Below the pieces are notes generated by a model that saw only the letters and a program-made list of their open reading frames with translations, had not been told where the DNA came from and did not search any database. A stretch of 15,573 nt of DNA from Armatimonadota bacterium (GTDB lineage: Bacteria; Armatimonadota; UBA5829; DTLH01). Location of the stretch: assembly GCA_039680575.1 (NCBI GenBank), contig JBDKSP010000053.1, positions 1-15,573 of the forward strand, written 5' to 3'. A program made the translations under genes and the position numbers. Positions 9,464 through 15,573 of the stretch are shown piece after piece. Within the stretch, counting starts at the first letter, position 1. Each line of letters opens with the position of its first letter.

Positions 9464-11137
9464 CTACATTGGTGGTGGTCCGCCGCCGCCAGGACCTTTA
9501 CTGGAGTTACTCTTTGTCGTCGTTTCCTCTTCAGGTATAACAACTTTCTCGCCTTCTTTGAGACCGCTCACGATTTCGCAGTTGTCATTGCCCATCAGTC
9601 CAACCTCGACTTTGCGAACAGACTGCGTCTTTCCGTCATGTCCGATTACTGTAACCTCTGTACCTGCATCCGTCTCGGTGACTGCCTCTACCGGCACAAA
9701 CAACACATCCTCTTTTCGATCGATCACGAAGTCGCAGGCAGCGTTCATCTCAGGCTTTAACCGCGAATCCGCCTGCTCCAGCTCGACCGTTACCGGGACA
9801 GTAGTTACATTGGAATTGACCTCCGCTTCCGGCGCAATCCTGATGACCTTTGCCTGGAACAACTCATCGGGACACGCATCGACACTGACATCGACAGCCT
9901 GGCCGAGTGTTATCTTTCCGACATCTGTCTCGTCGACATCCACGACGACCTGCATCTTGCTTATATCAGCTATATCTACGATAGTGACTCCTGATCCGCT
10001 TCCAGCCATGGCCTGCCGCCCAGCAGTGATGATTGAACCAGACTCAACATATTTCTTGACTACGACACCATCTCTTGGCGCAACAACAGTCGTATAGCCG
10101 AGCTGGGTCTGCGCGTTCTCCAATGCGGCTTTCGATTTCTTCAACTGCGATTGAGCCTGAAGCACTGACTCGCTTTTCATCTGGTCCTGATATGCTGCAG
10201 CGCGGGTGGATGCAAGTGCAGCTAATGATTGTTTCAAAGCTGCCCTTGCGGAAGCCATTTCTCTCTGTTTCAGGTCATCCTGTACTCCATTGGCACGGGC
10301 AGACTCAAGTGCTGATCTGGCCTGCGCTACTTTGGCTTCAGCGGACTTCAAATCCTGGTCGGACTCTTCCTTTATCGTGTCATATTTGCTTTTTGCGCTG
10401 TCAAGCTGGGCTTTCGCAAGCGAATATTGCGCTTCGGCGTCATCTACGTTGCTTTGTGAGACGAATCCCTTCTCCAAAAGGGCCTTCTGGCGTTTAAGAC
10501 TCTTCTCCGCGTTATTATATGACGCCCTGGCCTCGTCATAAGAGGCTTGAGCTGATGACAGCTTCTGCGGGACAGATGCCGACTTCGTTTGCTTCAAGCT
10601 GGCAATAGCCGACTCCAGCGAACTCTGGGCCTGGTTTATCGACTCTCTTGTAAGCTTGGGTTGGACCTTCGCTTCCTGCTCCGCCTGCAGTAACTTCTGC
10701 CTGCTCGACTCAAGCGCCTGCTCTGCGCTGGCTATGTTCGCAACTGTCTGAAGGCGCTGCATGGAAAGCGCCTGTTTGGCTGAGTTTACCTGCGCCTCCG
10801 AGCTCGAATAATCGGCTTTTGACTGCTCCAGGCTCGATATTGAGTCTGAAGGATCGATCTTGGCTATCAACTGACCGGCTTTGACATAGTCACCTTCGTC
10901 CACCGCCAGTTTCATTATCTGGCCGCCAACGTTCGACTTGACTTCCACCGTAGTCACCGGCTGCAGCACTCCATTGCCCGAAACACTGGATAGCACTGTC
11001 CCTCGTGCAACAACAGTAGTCTCAGGCATAACTGTCTTGTTGCCTGATTTTTTCATATGCACTATTACAATAGTGATAATCAGGAGTGCGATCACAGCTA
11101 TTATCAAATATTTTCGGCGCGGCTTTTTACCTTTCAT
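9464..11137 (-). CDS. MacA/HlyD-family periplasmic adaptor with very long alpha-helical hairpin
   Basis: N-terminal TM; lipoyl halves (VDEGDYVKAGQLIAKID and TTVVAPRDGVV); hairpin tip RQKALLEKGFVS; LKPEM and SGLKEGEKV. Confidence 0.93.
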   Translation of the reverse strand: MKGKKPRRKYLIIAVIALLIITIVIVHMKKSGNKTVMPETTVVARGTVLSSVSGNGVLQPVTTVEVKSNVGGQIMKLAVDEGDYVKAGQLIAKIDPSDSISSLEQSKADYSSSEAQVNSAKQALSMQRLQTVANIASAEQALESSRQKLLQAEQEAKVQPKLTRESINQAQSSLESAIASLKQTKSASVPQKLSSAQASYDEARASYNNAEKSLKRQKALLEKGFVSQSNVDDAEAQYSLAKAQLDSAKSKYDTIKEESDQDLKSAEAKVAQARSALESARANGVQDDLKQREMASARAALKQSLAALASTRAAAYQDQMKSESVLQAQSQLKKSKAALENAQTQLGYTTVVAPRDGVVVKKYVESGSIITAGRQAMAGSGSGVTIVDIADISKMQVVVDVDETDVGKITLGQAVDVSVDACPDELFQAKVIRIAPEAEVNSNVTTVPVTVELEQADSRLKPEMNAACDFVIDRKEDVLFVPVEAVTETDAGTEVTVIGHDGKTQSVRKVEVGLMGNDNCEIVSGLKEGEKVVIPEEETTTKSNSSKGPGGGGPPPM

Positions 11138-11147
11138 ATACTCCTCC

Positions 11148-12413
11148 TTACTTGCCTACCGCATACTCCATCTGGGCAACGGCAATGTAATAATCGTAGC
11201 GGGCTTGAACATCATCGCTCTGAGCGGTTATAACCTGCACTTCGGCGTTGAGCAAGTCAAGTGTGGTTCCCAACCCTTGAGAATATCTTTCTTTCTGCGC
11301 CTGATAGTTATTATCAGCAGCATTGAGGCTGAGGTTACTTGCGGTTACCCGCTCCTTGGCGTTCGTCAGATTATAATAGGCCTCTTCCACATCCGAGCGG
11401 ATGTCTCTGCCCACCTGTTCTTCCTCCAACTCCGCATTAGCCTGGTTTATCTTGGCTTCTTTGTAAGCGGCACGATTGGCTCCGCCGTTGAAAATATCGA
11501 ATACCATCCCGCCGACCATTTGAGAACCGCCCGTCGTGAACCCGCCGGACACTTTTCGCTGATATTCAGCGGTTATTGTCGGACGAGGATAAAGGGATAT
11601 CTTTGCGGATTTGACCGATGCCTTTGCCGATCCTATTGCCGCCTGGCTCTCCATAATATCCGGACGAGCCGTGAGCGCCGTGGTCATATATTCATCCAAA
11701 GGCTTTGACTCAACAGCCGGTGTCCCGTCCACCTCAGCTACATCGAACCCGGGCTGCGATGAGAGCCCCATGACATTCTGCAGTTGGATGGTAGATGTGC
11801 GGACGGTATTTTGAGCCGATAAGAGGCTTACGCGCGCGCTTGCAAGCTGTGCTTCTATGGGAAGGATATCTACTTTTGCTGCCGCACCCACTTCGGCACG
11901 GGCTTTCACCTGGTCAAGCAGACCCTCGTTGTAAGTCACGTTCGCCTCTGCCACCCCGGCAAGATGCCGCGCGCGGAGGACTTCATAATAAGCCTTACTC
12001 ACGTTATACTCCACAGTCTGCACAGTACGCGTCAACTTGGCTGTATTCTGCGTCATACCATACTTCGCCGACTGCACATTTGTCTCACGCAGCCCACCGT
12101 CGAATATATTCTGGCTCACGGTAAGGGCAGTCCCTGTGGTCGTCTTGTTGAGTACCCCGTCAGAACCCCATGTGAAAGCGTTGTTCTGTACCGACATCTG
12201 CGGAAGATAGTCGCTTTTTGCGCTGATGGAACGGTTTTTAGCTGCCGTAACGTTGTTTTTTGCGGTCAGAACATCTACATTGCTGCTCATCGCAATTCCG
12301 ATGCACTCCTCTAGTGAAAGCGGCTTGCTTTTCTGCACTTCTTCCGCTGCAGTGCAAAAAGTGGATACCGCAAGCAGTGCAATAAGCCAAAATAAGAACC
12401 TTGCTATCCTCAC
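11148..12413 (-). CDS. TolC-family outer membrane efflux protein
   Basis: Signal peptide, LSLEECIGIAMS, DYLPQMS, IFDGG/IFNGG repeats and ERYSQGLGTTLDLLNAE; GTG start behind AAGGAGG overlaps the marR stop. Confidence 0.93.
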   Translation of the reverse strand: MRIARFLFWLIALLAVSTFCTAAEEVQKSKPLSLEECIGIAMSSNVDVLTAKNNVTAAKNRSISAKSDYLPQMSVQNNAFTWGSDGVLNKTTTGTALTVSQNIFDGGLRETNVQSAKYGMTQNTAKLTRTVQTVEYNVSKAYYEVLRARHLAGVAEANVTYNEGLLDQVKARAEVGAAAKVDILPIEAQLASARVSLLSAQNTVRTSTIQLQNVMGLSSQPGFDVAEVDGTPAVESKPLDEYMTTALTARPDIMESQAAIGSAKASVKSAKISLYPRPTITAEYQRKVSGGFTTGGSQMVGGMVFDIFNGGANRAAYKEAKINQANAELEEEQVGRDIRSDVEEAYYNLTNAKERVTASNLSLNAADNNYQAQKERYSQGLGTTLDLLNAEVQVITAQSDDVQARYDYYIAVAQMEYAVGK

Positions 12414-12898
12414 AGCTTATATACCTCCTTCTCTGTCAGCTTCTCGACAGGATTGAGAAGACAAGTCGAAAGCGCTTTACGAAGGAGATCCATTACAAGG
12501 TTCACCATCAAGCACTCATTTGGCGTAAAAACCGATAGTTTCTCTTTGAGAAGCGACATACTGCTATTACTGATGACGTTTAAAGCCTCTTCACCCTCGC
12601 CGGTGAGCGCTAACGTCAACTTTCTTCTATCATGTTCGGCTGTAGCGCGGACAACATAGCCGCGTTCCACCAAACCATCCAGCAATTTCGATGCCGACGA
12701 AATAGTGCAGCCAATATGTCCAGATAGAATGGAGAGCGACGTACCCTGCTGATCTCTGATGGTCATCAGCGCTGCTACCTGGCGGATAGACAGCGCTGTA
12801 GGGGTGCGCCTGTTCATCTCTGTTCCGATTGATTGCAGGACCATATGGCAAGTTTCCATTACTTTTGCCGCGCATTGGTCTATAACATCATTTGACAT
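12410..12898 (-). CDS. MarR-family transcriptional regulator, 162 aa
   Basis: SSASKLLDGLVERGYVVR...HDRRKLTLALTGEG winged-helix motif; start set at ATG 12898 behind AAGGAGG. Confidence 0.93.
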   Translation of the reverse strand: MSNDVIDQCAAKVMETCHMVLQSIGTEMNRRTPTALSIRQVAALMTIRDQQGTSLSILSGHIGCTISSASKLLDGLVERGYVVRATAEHDRRKLTLALTGEGEEALNVISNSSMSLLKEKLSVFTPNECLMVNLVMDLLRKALSTCLLNPVEKLTEKEVYKL

Positions 12899-12916
12899 AG
12901 ACAGCCTCCTTCCTAT

Positions 12917-12935
12917 TATTTGACGATTGCAACTA
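12917..12935. promoter_or_regulatory. Candidate MarR operator 1
   Basis: TATTTGA-N5-GCAACTA, an imperfect inverted repeat overlapping the -10 element of the marR promoter. Confidence 0.5.
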
Positions 12936-12947
12936 TTTCTTTGTTCC
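12920..12947 (-). promoter_or_regulatory. ECF sigma-type promoter of the marR-efflux operon
   Basis: Minus strand GGAAC-N17-CGTCAA just upstream of the marR SD. Confidence 0.65.
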
Positions 12948-13006
12948 ACTAATTATGGCATTTAATCAGCGTTTCCGTATGTTTTTCTTTGTATTTTGCT
13001 AATTAA

Positions 13007-13035
13007 CTAAAGTCTTTGACGTGTTGTGTCGATAT
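13007..13035 (+). promoter_or_regulatory. Sigma-28 (FliA/SigD)-type promoter
   Basis: CTAAA-N16-GTCGATAT versus consensus TAAA-N15/16-GCCGATA(A/T). Confidence 0.6.
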
Positions 13036-13049
13036 ATTTCATGGCACAA

Positions 13050-13068
13050 TACTTGACTCATTCAAGTA
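13050..13068. promoter_or_regulatory. Candidate MarR operator 2
   Basis: Perfect inverted repeat TACTTGA-N5-TCAAGTA, same architecture as operator 1. Confidence 0.55.
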
Positions 13069-13094
13069 AGTGACCCTTTCCAGGAGGAAAATCC

Positions 13095-13589
13095 ATGAGC
13101 GTAAGTGCATTAAGCAACAGCTCCATAGCGAGCCTTACCGAACTCTACGGGACGCAAGAAACCAGTTCTGTGTCGTCTTCGACATCGACAACTGCTTCAA
13201 GCATCCTTGACCGGTCCGATTCTCTCGACATATCGGGGCCGGCAGAAATGTTCAGTAAACTTCAGGAACTGGCAGAGTCCGACCCTGAAAAGTTTAAAGA
13301 AGTCTGCTCCGACATAGCCGACAAACTTAAAAGCGCGGCAGAGGACCAGACCGGGAAAGACGCTGAAATGCTGACCGATATGGCAAATAAGTTCGAAAGC
13401 GCTGCCGAAAGCGGCGACGCATCTGAACTCCAACCTCAAGGCCCGCCGCCTCCGCCTCCCCCCGCGGGAGGTGCTCAGGGAGCAGCCAACGAGTACTCGC
13501 AACAGCAGGATGAAAGCAACAAGCCCAGCAGTGATATACAAGACCTGATGTCCAGTATATTCGACGAAATAAGCGAAGCAATTGCTTGA
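13095..13589 (+). CDS. Acidic Ser-rich hypothetical protein with poly-Pro tract and no Sec signal
   Basis: AGGAGG SD; 164-aa ORF; Ser/Thr-rich N-terminus and DSLDISGPA motif. Confidence 0.85.
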   Translation: MSVSALSNSSIASLTELYGTQETSSVSSSTSTTASSILDRSDSLDISGPAEMFSKLQELAESDPEKFKEVCSDIADKLKSAAEDQTGKDAEMLTDMANKFESAAESGDASELQPQGPPPPPPPAGGAQGAANEYSQQQDESNKPSSDIQDLMSSIFDEISEAIA

Positions 13590-13593
13590 TCAC

Positions 13594-13751
13594 AGATTTT
13601 CGGCTGTTCTATTACAACCAATCGTATATAGCCGAAAACCTTCCGATGAGTTTCAGGCGTGACTCACGCCTGAAACTCACTAAAGAATTTTGGGCAATAG
13701 AGTTTTGGCTGAAATGATATTGCTTACTCATACATCAACCGCCAAAACTCT
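13594..13751. repeat. Triple-hairpin intergenic element
   Basis: AGATTTTCGGCT...AGCCGAAAACCT; perfect 16+1+16 palindrome at 13647-13679; AGAGTTTTGGC...GCCAAAACTCT. The left part is homologous to 15453-15528. Confidence 0.8.
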
Positions 13752-13964
13752 TTAGGTATCAAGCGCCATGCGCAGGATTTCCATCGCAAGATTAGTCATT
13801 TCACACTCACCGGGCGTCAATATCTCCAGTTTTTCCTTGAGATACGCCGCCGATTCAGCGCTTATGTCCGCTGGTGTGCAATCACCAGAGTCGGTAAGAC
13901 TAAGGATCAGGCGATGCACATCCATTACACTGGCTGTGCATTGAGCCACTAAATCCTCTTTCAT
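13752..13964 (-). CDS. Mini-MarR, 70 aa: MarR dimerisation helices without the winged helix-turn-helix
   Basis: AAAGGA SD. Residues 1-18 align to MarR 1-18 (7 identical); residues 19-70 align without gaps to MarR 94-145 (26 of 52 identical). Confidence 0.75.
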   Translation of the reverse strand: MKEDLVAQCTASVMDVHRLILSLTDSGDCTPADISAESAAYLKEKLEILTPGECEMTNLAMEILRMALDT

Positions 13965-13984
13965 GAAAGCAGTCCTTTCACTGA

Positions 13985-14497
13985 TCACCTGTTCATACCA
14001 GGAGGCGGTCCAGCCGGTCCCTGTCCCTGTGGAGGCTGGTCCATTTTCATCGCTTTCTGCAGTTTGGCCGACTGGCTTGCCGTCAGCACCAACCTCATCC
14101 TGGTCCAGGTGTCGATACTTGCAGTCACAATCTTGGCCTCAGCCTTCTCTGCCTTAGCCGCAATGATTTTGACGTTTTTAGAGTTGTATTTGGACGCCAG
14201 CATTGCTGAACGCAGCGCATTGGATGACTTCGCGGCACTCGACCGGAGCGGACGCAGGGTCTTATCGCCATCCGCGGCAATTTTCTTCAGTTTTGCCGTC
14301 TGGGTTTTAGTAAGCTTAAGCGTTTTGGACATGTGATCGATCATACCCGCCTGCGGCGTTATCACCGCTGACTGAGGACATGCTGCCATACTCGCCATCA
14401 TACCACCGGGACCGCCTCGACGACCGCTTTGGCTCCAGACAGCCACTGCGGAAATCACTATCGCCAGTACTGCTGCTACCAATACTATTTTTTTCAT
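13985..14497 (-). CDS. Spy/CpxP-like LTxxQ periplasmic protein (basic paralog)
   Basis: AGGAGG SD, signal peptide ending VWS-Q, LKLTKTQ and VLTASQ motifs. Confidence 0.82.
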   Translation of the reverse strand: MKKIVLVAAVLAIVISAVAVWSQSGRRGGPGGMMASMAACPQSAVITPQAGMIDHMSKTLKLTKTQTAKLKKIAADGDKTLRPLRSSAAKSSNALRSAMLASKYNSKNVKIIAAKAEKAEAKIVTASIDTWTRMRLVLTASQSAKLQKAMKMDQPPQGQGPAGPPPGMNR

Positions 14498-14541
14498 TTC
14501 ATATTCCTCCTATTGAAGGATTTAGGATGCTACTACTTATA

Positions 14542-14570
14542 TTGACGGTATAACCTCAAGGGCGGTTTCC
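14542..14570 (-). promoter_or_regulatory. ECF sigma-type promoter of the LTxxQ/mini-MarR unit
   Basis: Minus strand GGAAAC-N17-CGTCAA. Confidence 0.62.
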
Positions 14571-14641
14571 CTGAACAGTCACAGCCGCATCGCAGTTCAA
14601 TTTAAGTATTGTCGCGGCCTATGTCATGATTCTAGAATTGG

Positions 14642-14673
14642 AAAAGCCCCTGCAGGGATGCTTACAGGGGCTT
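14642..14673 (-). terminator. Intrinsic terminator after the 14728-15264 gene
   Basis: Minus strand AAGCCCCTG-loop-CAGGGGCTTTT. Confidence 0.75.
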
Positions 14674-14727
14674 AGTCGGGAAATTGACCTGATCGGCTGC
14701 ATGGTGTATCGCAGCTAACTTTCCTGA

Positions 14728-15264
14728 TTACCGCTCCGGTGCAGGCGGTGGTGTAGAGTCGTCCGCACCAGGTGGGGGGCCAGACGGTCTCTGTCCCGAA
14801 CCTTGTCTAGTAGTCATAGTCTCCTGCAGCGTTTTGACCTGATCCGTGGTAAGGATCGCCCTGATCTGCACCCATTCATCTATGATCGCGCTGACCACGG
14901 CAGATTCAGCCTTCTCCGCTTTCTCTGCAAGAGCCTTTACGTTCTCAACACTGAAATCTTCAGCCAACACTGCTGTTTTGAGCGCTTTTGAAGCCTCGGT
15001 TGATTTCTTGGAAAGCGCACTTACAGTCTCTTCGCTTTTTGTCAGGACCGTTTTGAGTTTCGATGTCTGATCTTCAGTGAGCTGAAGCGATTCAGACAGG
15101 CGGTCAAGCGATGCTGACTGGGGAGGCATTACCGCCATTAATGGGCAGGACATAGCGGATCCGCCCCTTCCTCCCGGACCACCGGAGCCTGGCCCCTGGC
15201 TCCATACCGGTGATGCACACACGCCTATCGCCAGCGCCACTGCAACTAAAATAGTGTTCTTCAT
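14728..15264 (-). CDS. Spy/CpxP-like LTxxQ periplasmic protein (near-neutral paralog)
   Basis: AAGGAGG SD, signal peptide ending VWS-Q, LQLTEDQ and ILTTDQ motifs; colinear with the 13985-14497 protein (shared KAEKAE, IDxW). Confidence 0.82.
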   Translation of the reverse strand: MKNTILVAVALAIGVCASPVWSQGPGSGGPGGRGGSAMSCPLMAVMPPQSASLDRLSESLQLTEDQTSKLKTVLTKSEETVSALSKKSTEASKALKTAVLAEDFSVENVKALAEKAEKAESAVVSAIIDEWVQIRAILTTDQVKTLQETMTTRQGSGQRPSGPPPGADDSTPPPAPER

Positions 15265-15452
15265 CTCAGGTTCCTCCTTACGAATAACGCTTGGATTGAC
15301 ATTTGGTTACTGCCTGCTCCTTTTACATGTTACCACGAGAGCTCAGCAGCAAAGATCACAAGAACATCATAATTCCGTTTAATGAGTTTCAGTTGATCAT
15401 GATTTCCGCCCCCGCATCATCGCGGGGGCAGACAAACGTGATTTCTACCTAT

Positions 15453-15569
15453 AGATTTTCGGCTGATTAATTAACAGCCAGTCATATATTGGTTGTTGCC
15501 GAAAATCTTCCGGAAGAGTTTCAGGTGTAAGTGTAAAATCAACAGATAAAGCTACATCAGAGAACTGTT
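15453..15569 (+). repeat. Longest copy of the hairpin + GAGTTTCAGG repeat element
   Basis: Perfect 11-bp arms AGATTTTCGGC/GCCGAAAATCT. The 5' part matches 13594-13660 and the 3' part matches 6764-6817. Confidence 0.75.
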
Positions 15570-15573
15570 TATA

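Noticed and set aside
7783..12456. Numerous plus-strand ORFs up to 256 aa opposite the efflux operon (similar shadows lie opposite dnaG and rpoD)
   Set aside because: Antisense shadows of well-supported genes, with no recognisable motifs.
12899..12949. Longer MarR start from the ORF track
   Set aside because: It would run through the SD, operator and promoter; ATG 12898 also aligns with the mini-MarR start.
13594..13751. Possible CRISPR mini-array or hammerhead ribozyme (CCGATGAG...GAAAC)
   Set aside because: The repeats are inverted rather than direct with spacers, and no cas genes are present. The core lacks CUGA, and the GAAA lies inside the perfect stem.
15265..15450. Possible riboswitch or terminator in the leader of the last gene (GC hairpin 15408-15429)
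   Set aside because: No U-tract on either strand and no aptamer consensus I recognise; an Rfam/Infernal scan would be needed.

Overview
Bacterial chromosomal window in two parts. Left (1-6760): an aldo/keto reductase divergent from a STAS + RsbW-like fusion gene and an ICMT/PEMT-family membrane methyltransferase, then a GTAG-type REP doublet, a secreted hypothetical protein, dnaG and rpoD. A short RpoD together with TolC suggests a diderm Terrabacteria lineage such as Armatimonadota (inference only). Right (6764-15573): an accessory envelope-stress block. It holds a marR-tolC-adaptor-ATPase-permease (MacAB-TolC-like) operon ending in an LTxxQ-type protein, a divergent acidic protein behind a sigma-28-like promoter, two Spy/CpxP-like LTxxQ paralogs, and a 70-aa mini-MarR. 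The main finding is the mini-MarR: a paralog of the local MarR with a clean 75-codon in-frame deletion of the winged-helix DNA-binding domain, so a candidate dominant-negative antirepressor. Three ECF-type promoters (AAC-N17-CGTC) and two matching MarR-type operators suggest a feed-forward circuit. A degenerate hairpin/GAGTTTCWGG repeat family brackets the block. All alignments and counts were done by hand.
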